Positions 1 through 8,368 of a stretch of 64,000 nt of DNA are shown one piece after another. The translations under genes were made by a program, and so were the position numbers. The notes beneath the pieces are model-generated. The model made no database searches, was not told where the DNA came from, and worked only from the letters and a program-made list of their open reading frames with translations. The stretch comes from Planctomycetaceae bacterium (GTDB lineage: Bacteria > Planctomycetota > Planctomycetia > Pirellulales > Lacipirellulaceae). The stretch spans positions 1 through 64,000 of the forward strand of contig PABB01000072.1 in NCBI GenBank assembly GCA_002702655.1, read 5' to 3'. Position 1 is the stretch's first letter. The number at the start of each line of letters is the position of its first letter.

Positions 1-264
1 TAACGACGTCAGTCCTGCAGAAAGCAATGCTGCGATAGCGACGCTTACTCGATGATGCGAAAGACCTTATCTAAAACTAAGTGCCATTCGTGGTTTTGAC
101 CTCAGTAGGATACAGAGAGGCGACGGCGTGCCGGGTCCTTGCCTCGCGAAGGCCGCAGGGAGGCACTATTGCTGATCTGAGTTCGCGAAATCCGGTCGGC
201 CGCCGCGGTCGCCTGACTGCCTCAAACGGAGCTTGCCGCAGAACGCTTGCTGTGCGGCGGCCCC

Positions 265-1146
265 TCAGCGCTTGCGCATCGCGCGCGTGGCCTGCTTGGC
301 ATCAAAGGCGTCCGGGTCGTGGGGACCGCGCCACTCTAAGTATTCCTCGTGGAGCTCATAGTCGGGATCCGCAAGGGCCGCCAAGTACTCGGCGTAGCCC
401 CAGGGACCGCCGATATCCTCGGGGGGACAGGCGCGTTCGCCCTCCACGCAAAGCGGGTACTTCGCCTGGGGGTCGATCGGCGGGTAGCCCTCGAAGATCA
501 CGTCGTGTCGCCAGCCGTCGCCGAAATCGTACTCATAGAGCCATTTCTGTCGTGCGCCTGACTTCGGCGCCAAATCGCTCAACAGGACGTTCGACTCGTC
601 AAGCATCTCGAAACCGAAGTCGTCGTCGTCCAGCCCGAGGGGGCCGTATCGCTGGCCGTCGATCTCAAATCGATGCAGGTGATCGTCGTCCCAGCCGAAA
701 GCCGCTTGGACGTGGCCGTGCAGATCGGCCAAGGACCCGTCCAGGACCTGGATGCGACGCCAGATGACCGGGCTGACCTCTTGCAGCGTGATCTTGAACT
801 GAAACAGCCGGGAGGAGGAACTCGCAGGCCGTTTTCTCGGGGACGGCGGCGGCCTCCGCAAGGCCGCCTCCTGCTGTTCATTCAGGAAGGCCTGCACCTT
901 CTTCAGCACGGCGACAATCCGCTGCTTGGCGGGATGGGGCGTGTAGACCGCAGCCTGGCCCAGCTCGTTCTCCAGGTGGTCCAGTTCCTGCCTTGAAAAA
1001 CCGATGACTTGAGGCCCCTCGTCAGGCGCTGACAACCGGTCCTTGATGGACGCCTTCAGACGCGTGTAGCTCCTCAGGGCCTCTCTCTGCAGCGGCGTGA
1101 GCTTCATGGCGAATACTGGGGACGCTTGCCGGCTCTTCTTGGCCAT
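265..1146 (-). CDS. plasmid pRiA4b ORF-3-like family protein
   Basis: C-terminal WLYEYDFGDGWRHDV motif is typical of the pRiA4b ORF-3 family. Start moved to the internal ATG at 1144-1146, which is preceded by GGAGG. The 468-aa ORF N-terminus is Arg/Pro-rich and likely spurious. Confidence 0.55.
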   Translation of the reverse strand: MAKKSRQASPVFAMKLTPLQREALRSYTRLKASIKDRLSAPDEGPQVIGFSRQELDHLENELGQAAVYTPHPAKQRIVAVLKKVQAFLNEQQEAALRRPPPSPRKRPASSSSRLFQFKITLQEVSPVIWRRIQVLDGSLADLHGHVQAAFGWDDDHLHRFEIDGQRYGPLGLDDDDFGFEMLDESNVLLSDLAPKSGARQKWLYEYDFGDGWRHDVIFEGYPPIDPQAKYPLCVEGERACPPEDIGGPWGYAEYLAALADPDYELHEEYLEWRGPHDPDAFDAKQATRAMRKR

Positions 1147-2066
1147 CGGTTCAGCCTCCACGGACGGACGAGATCGCTGCATTCTATCGCTGCCACAAGA
1201 GGCGTTGTAGTTCGGCCGCAGGGGACCGTGGGCACGGGTCATCGTCAGCGACCTTTCTGGACAGCGAGCCCACGCAACCCCAGGAGTAGAGTCACAGCCG
1301 CAAGGCGGCCGTCGTCCTCTCTGAGGGCCTGCACTGCGTGCTGAGCGTGGCCTGGGCTCCCAGGCAGGCTGAGACCGCAGAAACGCCGCTTGCACTGCGC
1401 TGCGGCCTCGCGAGAGGGCTTTGTCCGGCCGGCCCGTTCTGGCCTCGGCTGCCACGCGATCCGATCGCAGGCTGAGGGGAGCGGAACGTCCTCGTGGCCG
1501 GCCCAGCCGTTTCTCATCCTGCCAGTCGTCGCTCAGGATGAGCAGAGCGGACTTGATGGGTTGTGCATCGCAGGCTGAGTCGACCGCCGTTCTATGGTTC
1601 GGCGGCTTGCGGCTGAAGTCGCTGCGAGTGCAAACGCTCCGTGATGCCACTTGCACCGCCGGCGGGACCAAGCTGAGTGACTTCGGCCGGACAAAATTTC
1701 ATGTCAACTTCAAAATCAAGCTGATCGACGAGCACTCGCGGGGATCGCGTGTCGATGGTGTACTGGCTGAGAGCGGCGTGCTAGGGACGCAACGCGCCAG
1801 CGGGCGGGCCCAATTGGCGCGGGGCGATCTGGATCGCTTCGTCACTGGAGGGCCGTGTGGAGAGATACCATGAGCGGAGGACTGGGCAATTTTTAGCCAG
1901 AAACATCGCGAATCCGAGTGGACAGAGAGCTCAAAACTCCCGCGTCTCCGAGTTTGAGACCACCCGCTCCGGTCGTCTTCCGGTCGCTAAGCTCGACCAC
2001 TTGTTAGAGTTGAGCGCGTGTATCGTCGGGGCCAGCACAAGCAACGATTGAGTCTCTCAATAACAC

Positions 2067-2795
2067 TTACTCGGCAGGCCTGCCCACAACCTCCAAAGGC
2101 AGCTGGACCTCGCCCCATCTCTTTGGTTGCGGCACGTCTGGTCCGTTGTAGCCCAACACCCGAGGCTCGCCGATTACCCGCCACTTCCCTGAGTCCGTGA
2201 TGATGTCGTTCAGCTTGGCGATCGACGCGCTCACTTTGTCCAGGGTCACGTCGCCGGCCACGCCAATCGCGACCACCAGTACTGGCTTCGCGTCGGCGAC
2301 AGTAATCTTGCCGTAGGACTCAATCTTGCCGTCGCTCTTCGCCCGGTACAGGAACGACATTTCGTAGCTGTCAGGCTCGGTGTCATTCTCGGTCAGCCCC
2401 GAGTAGTCGATCTCGACGGGGGCGGTCATGGCGATACCGCGCAGCTTGATATGGGCGAACAGCGGAAAAAACGCCTTCGAGGAGTTCTTCATGCCGTTGG
2501 GACCGGCACCTCGGCCAGTGAACGTTGCCCGACGGACCTCGGGGTATTGTTTCACCTCCACGACGCCTGGCGGCGTCGGGCGCGGATAGCCCTCAGGAAG
2601 GGGCGTGGTCACACGGAAGTCGCCCGCGCGATAGAAGACGGCTCCGTCCTTCTGCGGCGCCGGCGTCACCTCGATGTCGCCTGTCAGACGCTCGATGATT
2701 GGGGATGTTTTGGTCACGGAGTCTTCAGCGAGAGCGGTTCCCGGACCGCAGCACGCGGCGGAAAGGGCAATCAGAGTCGATAGGCGCACGTTCAA
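2067..2795 (-). CDS. SOUL/HBP heme-binding family protein, secreted
   Basis: N-terminal signal peptide (LIALSAACCGPGTALA) followed by the SOUL family fold region. The ORF start is TTG, and a GTG two codons in has better SD spacing (AGGGAG). Confidence 0.6.
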   Translation of the reverse strand: MNVRLSTLIALSAACCGPGTALAEDSVTKTSPIIERLTGDIEVTPAPQKDGAVFYRAGDFRVTTPLPEGYPRPTPPGVVEVKQYPEVRRATFTGRGAGPNGMKNSSKAFFPLFAHIKLRGIAMTAPVEIDYSGLTENDTEPDSYEMSFLYRAKSDGKIESYGKITVADAKPVLVVAIGVAGDVTLDKVSASIAKLNDIITDSGKWRVIGEPRVLGYNGPDVPQPKRWGEVQLPLEVVGRPAE

Positions 2796-3255
2796 TCTCC
2801 CTGCATCTCACCAACGAATTTGGCTGTCGAGGTTACGAATCTTCACCGAAAGATTTTGTGAGTCTCGTCTCCTTCACAATCTTACCGTGGAGCGGTCGAC
2901 GTGAGGCGGTAGAATTAGCGCAACTACATGCGGTTCGACAAAGACTTCGCATTTCGGAATGGACAGTCGCACCCTGCCGGCGCGAATTTGCAGACTGAGC
3001 GTGGCGTCCATTGCAACCTACGCGAAGACATGATCGTACCGGCGGTCCGTCGACGATCGAATCGACCAAGCAGCCATTGAGGTCATCAAGACTGCCGGCA
3101 GTGCTGTGGTGAGCGTAAAGTCAGTGACTGGTTCACCCGCTGACGCGAAGAAGGGCCGCGAATTTCCGGACGAGACGCTTCCGGCGCAGTTCGCGAAGGG
3201 AAGCACAGCGCCGTAATCCTGAGTGCCGGCGAATCCTGCAGTTTGCTGCCAGTAG

Positions 3256-4743
3256 CTAATCGGTGTCTGTTTTGTCCTGCCCAGTGAGGCCCAGCCGTCT
3301 CAGCATCGGCCCCATGGTCAGCCCGCCGACGAGGATCGAGAAGGCGACGACGACGTAGGTCATGGTCAGGACCAGTTCGCCGACGTTATCGTACTGCGAT
3401 TGCTGGGCGTGAATCTCTTCCTTGAGCGATAGGGCGAGTGCAACACTGATCCCGCCGCGCAGGCCGCCCCAGGTCATGACCTTGATCGCGTGCGGCGTGA
3501 ACTCTCGGCCGGTCGCCTTTTTCAAGGCGGTCACCACCGTACCGACAGACAGGAACCTCGCCATCAGCGCCGCGGGGATCGCCAGGGCCCCGGCGAGCAG
3601 ATACTGCCTCTCGAACGAAAGCACCAAGACCTCCAGCCCGATCAGCACAAACAGCACCGCGTTGAGCAATTCGTCCACCAACTCCCAGAACGTGTCCAGG
3701 TGCTCGCGCGTTTTGTCGGACATCGCCAGCGTTCGGCCATGGTTGCCCAGGATCAGTCCCGCGACCACCATCGCCAACGGCCCGGACAGGTGCAGCTTCA
3801 TCGCCAGCGCATATCCGCCCGTCACCACCGCCAGCGAAAGCAAGATTTCCGTCGCGTAGTGATCGATTGATCGCAACAGGAAGAAGGCGAGCAGCCCCAG
3901 CACAAAGCCCAACGCAATCCCGCCGCCGGCTTCGAGGGCGAAGAGCTTGGCGACGTCGATTGCTTGCGTCTCTGTCTCGCCCAGGCCTTCTTGAACATCG
4001 TGCGGATGTTCACGTTCGAGCTGTTTCGCATCATGAGGTGCGTGAAGCATGACGGTTGGCGAAGCGCCAGCGTTGGGTCGCATGCCGACATCGCCCTGGA
4101 CCTGCTCAATGACGCCATCGAAATCAGCCTTCTTCTTGAGGTCTTCAGGCGACTCACCATGCCCGCCCAACCCCGCGATCCCCAAGAGCGCAATAAACAC
4201 CACCACGCCCACGCCATCGTTGAACAGCGACTCGCCCGCGATCTTGGTTTCCAGCGACTTGGGTGCGCCGAGGCTCTTGACGATCCCCAAGACCGCGATC
4301 GGGTCGGTTGGCGCAATGATCGAGCCAAAGATCAGGCAGTAGACGAAGCGGACCTCGATGCCGAGCCAGCCGGTGATGACGTAGGCGAGTCCCCCGACGA
4401 TGAACGTCGTGGCGAGGACGCCGACGGTTGCGAGCAGGACGATGACCGCGGTTTGTTGCTTGAGGTCGTTGAGGTTGACATGCAACGCCCCGGCAAAGAG
4501 CAGGTAGCCGAGCATCCCCTGCATCAGCGTCTGGTCGAAGTCGATCGAGCCGATGAGCGTCTCGGCCAAGGTGAGCACGCCCGCCCCCGGCACGATCCAA
4601 TCAGTCAGCAGCAATGCGACCGCGTGCAGCATGGCCAGCAGCATCAAGCCCACCGTCGTTGGCAGCTTGAGCAGTTTGTGGTTGATGAACGCGAAGGCCG
4701 CTGCGAGGGCCACGAGGACGCCGGCGATATCGAAGAAGCTCAT
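3256..4743 (-). CDS. Na+/H+ (cation:proton) antiporter, CPA1/NhaP type
   Basis: 10-12 TM segments with the [11 protein letters not shown] and SLFNDG motifs. Start ATG at 4741-4743 is preceded by AAGGAGGG. Contains an unusual hydrophilic insert of about 75 aa. Confidence 0.8.
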   Translation of the reverse strand: MSFFDIAGVLVALAAAFAFINHKLLKLPTTVGLMLLAMLHAVALLLTDWIVPGAGVLTLAETLIGSIDFDQTLMQGMLGYLLFAGALHVNLNDLKQQTAVIVLLATVGVLATTFIVGGLAYVITGWLGIEVRFVYCLIFGSIIAPTDPIAVLGIVKSLGAPKSLETKIAGESLFNDGVGVVVFIALLGIAGLGGHGESPEDLKKKADFDGVIEQVQGDVGMRPNAGASPTVMLHAPHDAKQLEREHPHDVQEGLGETETQAIDVAKLFALEAGGGIALGFVLGLLAFFLLRSIDHYATEILLSLAVVTGGYALAMKLHLSGPLAMVVAGLILGNHGRTLAMSDKTREHLDTFWELVDELLNAVLFVLIGLEVLVLSFERQYLLAGALAIPAALMARFLSVGTVVTALKKATGREFTPHAIKVMTWGGLRGGISVALALSLKEEIHAQQSQYDNVGELVLTMTYVVVAFSILVGGLTMGPMLRRLGLTGQDKTDTD

Positions 4744-5401
4744 GCCCTCCTTTGTACGGTACTTCGCCCGAGGAAGAAATCGCGTAACGCTTTCGGACCG
4801 TCTGCCGAAACGTCGGACGTGGGCGCGCTTCGGGGGGACTGGTCGTCTCACCCATTCGAATCCAGCCAGTCAAGTCACCCCTGCCGCAACAGCGAGCCAT
4901 GGAGGAAGGTCTCTCACCGTTCCGCTGCCACTTTGCGGAGAAACTGCCCTTGTTCAGCGAGCGGGGCAACCTTGATCGGGTCTTTCTTCTCCGATTTGTC
5001 CGCCGTCGCCATTTCAGATCCTCGCCCCGCAAATGCCGCTGATGTGTAAGCACGCCGTCCTGCCTATCATGCGGCTTGATCGAACGTGCGCCCACTTCGT
5101 GACGGATTTCACGAACTCAATTTTCTCATTTTCTTAGAAATTGTGCGTGAACCTTTCCCGGTTTCCGACATCTATACATGTAGCCCGCGACCGACAAGGG
5201 AAATGCGAGCTTAGATTTGAGTAGTGCAGTTTTCGATTTCGTTGTTGGAGAACGAATCATGTTACGGCTGAGTTTCATATGCTCATCGCTCGCGGCGAAT
5301 ATCGCCGGCTTGCCGTTCGCCCATCAGGCGAGCGATAAGCCCGGTTGTGCGCCCGCCGGCGAACAAAGGCGCAGATGACACTTGGCCGAACTCTTTGATG
5401 A

Positions 5402-5410
5402 GCCACAAGG
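5402..5410. repeat. 9-bp direct repeat GCCACAAGG, left copy; the right copy is at 11272-11280
   Basis: Identical 9-mer occurs immediately before the first tRNA-like gene and immediately 5-prime of the terminal tRNA-Asn. Confidence 0.35.
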
Positions 5411-5444
5411 CCCGGTGTCACTGCGACATCGGGCCTTTTTCTTT
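5409..5444 (+). terminator. Rho-independent terminator-like hairpin
   Basis: GGCCCGGTGTCACTGCGACATCGGGCC stem-loop followed by TTTTTCTTT. Confidence 0.5.
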
Positions 5445-5485
5445 GGCCGAGTGCCGATCGAAGAGGCCGACCCCCTACGGAATTT

Positions 5486-5557
5486 GGGCTGGTAGCTGAG
5501 ACGGTCTAGCGGCGGTCTGAAGAACCGCAGACGAGGATTCGAGCGCCTCCCGGCCCA
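5486..5557 (+). tRNA. tRNA-Phe(GAA)
   Basis: Acceptor GGGCTGG/CCGGCCC, D stem GCTG/TAGC, anticodon stem GCGGT/ACCGC with loop CTGAAGA. T-loop TTCGAGC with a noncanonical A53.G61 pair. 4-nt variable loop. Confidence 0.5.
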
Positions 5558-5593
5558 CTCTGCGCACCCGGTGCGCGCACTGCGAAACAACAC

Positions 5594-5666
5594 GGCCCGT
5601 TCGACTTCGGGTGAGGTCATCGGTCTTTCAAGCCGATCAGGTAGGGTTCGACTCCCACACGGGTCA
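5594..5666 (+). tRNA. tRNA-Glu(TTC)
   Basis: Acceptor GGCCCGT/ACGGGTC, anticodon stem TCGGT/GCCGA with loop CTTTCAA. T-loop TTCGACT with only a 3-bp T stem. Confidence 0.45.
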
Positions 5667-5739
5667 CTGCAAATCAGAACGTAGCGAAGTTTGGCATCGC
5701 GCTTGGCTGGGGGCCAAGAGATCGTCGGTCGATTTCTTG

Positions 5740-5788
5740 CTACCGCCCTGCGCTCGGCTGACGTTGAGTCAGCCGTGCTCGGTTGCTC
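5740..5788 (+). ncRNA. conserved-flank hairpin element, copy A
   Basis: Flanks CTACCGCCCTGCGC and GCTCGGTTGCTC are identical to copy B at 8799-8847. Between them is a perfect 7-bp hairpin GGCTGAC/GTCAGCC. The stem sequence differs between copies but the structure is kept. Confidence 0.4.
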
Positions 5789-5812
5789 GTTCTGACTTAC
5801 GCAATGACAACT

Positions 5813-5885
5813 CGGGCGGAGGTGCAGATGGGAGCACGCCGGTTTTGGGAACCGGAGGCTCTGGGTTCGACCCCCAGGCGCCCGA
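5813..5885 (+). tRNA. tRNA-Pro(TGG)
   Basis: C1-G72 first pair typical of bacterial tRNA-Pro. D stem GTGC/GCAC, anticodon stem CCGGT/ACCGG with loop TTTGGGA, T arm CTGGG-TTCGACC-CCCAG. Confidence 0.6.
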
Positions 5886-5903
5886 CTGATACGCAAACCA
5901 CGG

Positions 5904-5973
5904 TAGTCGAGGGCTGGTCGCCCCTACCCGGCTGATAACCGGGTCGCGCTGAGTTCGATTCCCTGGGCTACCA
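5904..5973 (+). pseudogene. degenerate tRNA-like, Ile(GAT)-type anticodon arm, with encoded CCA
   Basis: Anticodon arm CCCGG-CTGATAA-CCGGG and a TTCGATT T-loop, but the acceptor and T stems cannot be paired. Ends in CTACCA. Confidence 0.3.
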
Positions 5974-6057
5974 CTCGCATTCAACTTCACAAGCCACGAG
6001 GAACAACACGATGACGATCGTCCGGCGATGTAAACGGATACGCCCAACCCTGAACTT

Positions 6058-6129
6058 GGGGCTGTGGTGTAGCGGCTGCACAGCGGACTTTTAATCCGCA
6101 CGGTGAGGGTTCAAGTCCTTCCGGCCCCA
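6058..6129 (+). tRNA. tRNA-Lys(TTT)
   Basis: Acceptor GGGGCTG/CGGCCCC, D stem GTGT/GCAC, anticodon stem GCGGA/TCCGC with loop CTTTTAA, T arm GAGGG-TTCAAGT-CCTTC. Confidence 0.6.
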
Positions 6130-6133
6130 CTAT

Positions 6134-6207
6134 TGGCGCGTAGCGCAGTGGTGAGAGCGGCGACATTATAAGTCGCACCCTCGGAGGTTCGATTCCTCCC
6201 GCGCCAA
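6134..6207 (+). tRNA. tRNA-Ile(TAT), rare anticodon
   Basis: Perfect acceptor TGGCGCG/CGCGCCA with U1-A72. Anticodon stem GCGAC/GTCGC with loop ATTATAA, giving anticodon TAT. T arm GGAGG-TTCGATT-CCTCC. 6-nt variable region. Confidence 0.5.
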
Positions 6208-6218
6208 CTGAATAACAC

Positions 6219-6291
6219 GGGACTGAGGTGTTAGCGGCAGCATCCCTGGTTCTTACCCAGGCGGGTGAGGGTTCAAGTCCCTCTGGTCCCA
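6219..6291 (+). tRNA. tRNA-Lys(CTT)
   Basis: Acceptor GGGACTG/TGGTCCC, anticodon stem CCTGG/CCAGG with loop TTCTTAC, T arm GAGGG-TTCAAGT-CCCTC. Confidence 0.6.
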
Positions 6292-6380
6292 CTGAGTTTG
6301 ATGTCGGATGGCAAGCACGAGGCGTGTCGCAGCATTGCTCGGCGTGGATGACTCGTAAGGCGTTCGGCGCGAAAAAGGCA

Positions 6381-6530
6381 CTGGTCGTCTAGCGGCGAAG
6401 ACTCCGCTCTCGTACAGAGCAACTGAGGCCGCTGAGCGATAGCGAGGAGGGAGGCCGAAGGCGGTAGTAAGACACTGCTTCGAGTCCGGCCCGGTGCTCT
6501 GCCGTTCTTTGACAACTTACTTCGCATTGC
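6381..6530 (+). other. degenerate tRNA-like segment carrying repeat copy R1
   Basis: Has a D-arm-like GTCT-AGCGGCGA-AGAC and an anticodon-like GCTCT-CGTACAG-AGAGC. No pairing acceptor or T arm. Contains the 49-nt repeat at 6419-6467. Confidence 0.25.
6419..6467 (+). repeat. 49-nt repeat family copy R1 (GCAACTGAGGCCGCTGAGCGATAGCGAGGAGGGAGGCCGAAGGCGGTAG)
   Basis: 45/49 identical to R2 at 8629-8677. A more diverged copy R3 lies at 8955-9004 inside a long tRNA-like element. Confidence 0.6.
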
Positions 6531-6533
6531 TTT

Positions 6534-6604
6534 GCGCCCATGATGTAGTGGCAGCCTTCCTGCTTGCCATGCAGGGTGTGTCGGTTCGATTCCGGCTGGG
6601 CGCA
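6534..6604 (+). tRNA. tRNA-Gly(GCC)
   Basis: Perfect acceptor GCGCCCA/TGGGCGC, anticodon stem CCTGC/GCAGG with loop TTGCCAT, T arm GTCGG-TTCGATT-CCGGC. Followed by a T6 run. Confidence 0.55.
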
Positions 6605-6610
6605 TTTTTT

Positions 6611-6684
6611 CAGGACGTGGGAAAGCTTGGTATTCCGCGTGCTTCGGGCGCACGAGATCGCTGGTTCAAATCCAGCCGTCCTGA
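6611..6684 (+). tRNA. tRNA-Pro(CGG)
   Basis: Perfect acceptor CAGGACG/CGTCCTG with C1-G72, D stem GGAA/TTCC, anticodon stem CGTGC/GCACG with loop TTCGGGC, T arm GCTGG-TTCAAAT-CCAGC. Confidence 0.65.
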
Positions 6685-6692
6685 CTGACTAT

Positions 6693-6767
6693 TGCGGTGG
6701 GTCCTGTGCTGGTACGGGAAGGCGACTGTTAATCGTCGTGACGCAGGTTCGATTCCTGCCTCCGCAG
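6693..6767 (+). tRNA. tRNA-Asn(GTT)
   Basis: Acceptor TGCGGTG/CTCCGCA with one mismatch. Anticodon stem GGCGA/TCGTC with loop CTGTTAA, T arm GCAGG-TTCGATT-CCTGC. Confidence 0.55.
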
Positions 6768-6779
6768 CTCAAACGGACG

Positions 6780-6865
6780 GGCAAGCCAACGGGCGATGGC
6801 AGCTGCCTCGAAAGCAGTCGAGCGCCGAGCGCGCCTTGTGAGTTCGACTACCTCTCCTTCCGCTT
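6780..6865 (+). pseudogene. tRNA-like remnant
   Basis: Anticodon-like arm CTGC-CTCGAAA-GCAG and a T-loop-like GAGTTCGACTACCTC, but no acceptor pairing. Confidence 0.2.
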
Positions 6866-6868
6866 CAC

Positions 6869-6940
6869 GTGCCCTTGACCGAGCGGCCAAGGTGCCAGTC
6901 TTCCAAACTGGATAGGCGGGTTCGACTCCCGCAGGGCACT
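6869..6940 (+). tRNA. tRNA-Gly(TCC)
   Basis: Perfect acceptor GTGCCCT/AGGGCAC, anticodon stem CCAGT/ACTGG with loop CTTCCAA, T arm GCGGG-TTCGACT-CCCGC. Confidence 0.55.
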
Positions 6941-6949
6941 CTCAAGCTT

Positions 6950-7024
6950 TCCGGGGTCGTCGCTGTTGGTAGTGATGCCTGGCCTTGAACCAGGAGTCCG
7001 TAGGTTCGATTCCTACCCCCGGAA
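6950..7024 (+). tRNA. tRNA-Gln(TTG)-like with C33
   Basis: Perfect acceptor TCCGGGG/CCCCGGA, anticodon stem CCTGG/CCAGG with loop CCTTGAA, T arm GTAGG-TTCGATT-CCTAC. Confidence 0.45.
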
Positions 7025-7080
7025 CTCGCGAACCGTCCCCCACATGGGCTGGTCATGGTTCGACAACGCGAGGAGCTTCC

Positions 7081-7680
7081 ATGACCCAATTCCGTGAGAT
7101 ACGAGCCGATTTTGATCGCGACTCGATCGTCGTTTACCAGGCGTACCGTCCAGCCATCGCTGATGCAGCTTTGGAGGCCGGGCGATTCGTTGCTCCGTTC
7201 TCGTTCGGTCGTATGACTTGGATCAAGCCGTCGTTCCTATGGCTGATGGAGAGAAGCAATTGGGCCCGAAAGTCGGGCCAAGAGCGTATCTTGGCCATCC
7301 GCATAAAACGCAGCGGATGGGATTTGGCGTTAAGTGAGGCAGTGCTGACGTGTTTCGAGCCGAGGACTCATGGATCGATCGACCAATGGCGAGAGAAGTT
7401 TGACGAAGCCCACGTCCACGTGCAGTGGGATCCAGAGCGATCAATTCACGGGAAGAAGCTTGAGCATCGGTCGATTCAGGTCGCTATCGGCAGACAAGTG
7501 ATCAGCGAGTACGTGGAAGACTGGATTATCGAGCTAACGGACCTGACGCCACTTGCCAACAAAATCCGCCGACTGTGCGAGGAGGGCCACGCCGACCGAG
7601 GCAAGAGACTCCTCCCGTCGGAGAAACCATACGAGGTGTCGAATGAAACGGCTACACGACTGGCTATGACCGCCAGCTGA
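7081..7680 (+). CDS. DUF4291-like protein embedded in the tRNA array
   Basis: ATG at 7081 preceded by GAGGAG. The VYQAY and MTWIKPSFLWLM motifs match DUF4291 from memory. Stop TGA at 7678-7680, three nt before the next tRNA. Confidence 0.55.
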   Translation: MTQFREIRADFDRDSIVVYQAYRPAIADAALEAGRFVAPFSFGRMTWIKPSFLWLMERSNWARKSGQERILAIRIKRSGWDLALSEAVLTCFEPRTHGSIDQWREKFDEAHVHVQWDPERSIHGKKLEHRSIQVAIGRQVISEYVEDWIIELTDLTPLANKIRRLCEEGHADRGKRLLPSEKPYEVSNETATRLAMTAS

Positions 7681-7683
7681 CAC

Positions 7684-7754
7684 TGCGGGGTCGCGTAACG
7701 GCAGGACGGGGCGCTCTGAACGCCTTGGTGTTGGTTCGATTCCAGCCCCCGCAG
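7684..7754 (+). tRNA. tRNA-Gln(CTG)
   Basis: Perfect acceptor TGCGGGG/CCCCGCA, anticodon stem GGGCG/CGCCT with loop CTCTGAA, T arm GTTGG-TTCGATT-CCAGC. D arm irregular. Confidence 0.45.
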
Positions 7755-7759
7755 CTTAC

Positions 7760-7844
7760 GGAAGTCATCCGGCTGGATGAGGACGCTGTCTTGAAAACAG
7801 TTGGTCGCACCGGCGACTTGGGGATTCGAGTCCCTCGGCTTCCG
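7760..7844 (+). tRNA. tRNA-Ser(TGA), class II
   Basis: Acceptor GGAAGTC/GGCTTCC, anticodon stem GCTGT/ACAGT with loop CTTGAAA, long variable arm TGGTCGCACCGGCGACTT. T loop ATTCGAGT carries one extra nt. Confidence 0.55.
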
Positions 7845-7857
7845 CTCAACTCAACAC

Positions 7858-7930
7858 GGTCCTGTGGCCTAGCGGCAAAGGCAGCTTCCTTACAAGAAGA
7901 TGATCGGTGGTTCGAGTCCACCCAGGACTA
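7858..7930 (+). tRNA. tRNA-Val(TAC)
   Basis: Acceptor GGTCCTG/CAGGACT, D stem GCCT/AGGC, anticodon loop CTTACAA, T arm GGTGG-TTCGAGT-CCACC. Confidence 0.55.
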
Positions 7931-7940
7931 CTGGATAAGC

Positions 7941-7995
7941 GATGAACGATGAACGCGGAACTATGAACGGAGCGTTCAACGCTCATAGTTCATAG
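7941..7995 (+). other. AT-rich repeat/palindrome element between tRNAs
   Basis: Tandem GATGAAC GATGAAC is followed by nested inverted repeats CTATGAAC-GGAGCG-TTCAA-CGCTC-ATAGTTCATAG. Confidence 0.4.
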
Positions 7996-8010
7996 CTCGT
8001 TGTTCCAATT

Positions 8011-8085
8011 GTCCTCGTGGAGCAGCCTGGAGTGCTCGCCTGCCTGTCACGCAGGAGGACGCGGGTTCAAATCCCGCCGGGGACG
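8011..8085 (+). tRNA. tRNA-Asp(GTC)
   Basis: Acceptor GTCCTCG/CGGGGAC, D stem GAGC/GCTC, anticodon stem CCTGC/GCAGG with loop CTGTCAC, T arm GCGGG-TTCAAAT-CCCGC. Confidence 0.7.
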
Positions 8086-8167
8086 CTTTTGATGGCGGAT
8101 TGCGACATTCGCTATGTGCATGGATCTCAATCGGTTGTCGATTCGTGACTCGCATGCCAATAGGAAA

Positions 8168-8244
8168 GGCACGGTACGCAAACAGGAAAAGCGACGAAGC
8201 TCAAACCTTCGTGACGTTTGCGGGTTCGACTCCCGCCCGTGCTA
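8168..8244 (+). tRNA. tRNA-like with Leu anticodon CAA but class-I-like architecture
   Basis: Acceptor GGCACGG/CCGTGCT, 3-bp D stem CGC/GCG with an 11-nt loop, perfect anticodon stem CGAAG/CTTCG with loop CTCAAAC, 8-nt variable loop, T arm GCGGG-TTCGACT-CCCGC. Confidence 0.4.
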
Positions 8245-8259
8245 CTGACCGAGACACAT

Positions 8260-8358
8260 GCGTCGGCTGGGCACTGGCGAGCCGCAGTATTATTTGGAAA
8301 CGCGGGGCTGTAACCCACCCGCTTCCGAGCTATGCAGGTTCAACTCCTGCCCGGCGCA
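8260..8358 (+). tRNA. 99-nt tRNA-Tyr(GTA)-like with an AT-rich insertion
   Basis: Acceptor GCGTCGG/CCGGCGC pairs, T arm GCAGG-TTCAACT-CCTGC is perfect, and the Tyr-type loop CTGTAAC is present. A 17-nt AT-rich insert AGTATTATTTGGAAACG and an irregular anticodon stem disrupt the fold. Confidence 0.35.
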
Positions 8359-8368
8359 CTGACAACAC

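Noticed and set aside
81-767. 228-aa plus-strand ORF
   Set aside because: Extremely Arg/Pro/Gly-rich and antisense to the pRiA4b-ORF3-like gene. This is typical high-GC spurious ORF composition.
4914-5010. 32-aa minus-strand ORF with a GAGGA SD upstream of the antiporter
   Set aside because: Too short and not hydrophobic, with no support beyond the SD. Left as unannotated.
3964-5049. 361-aa plus-strand ORF
   Set aside because: Antisense to the CPA1 antiporter and rich in R/D/E low-complexity.
5259-5381. 40-aa plus-strand ORF (MLRLSFICSSLAANIAGLPFAHQ...) with SD, before the array
   Set aside because: Too short to support without conservation or expression data. Mentioned only as a possible leader peptide.
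5968-5973. Encoded CCA at the end of the Ile(GAT)-like element
   Set aside because: The upstream element does not fold, so this cannot be called a CCA-encoding tRNA.
5324-6292. Minus-strand ORFs of 100-190 aa across the start of the tRNA array
   Set aside because: They overlap tRNA genes and are Arg/Pro/Ser-rich.
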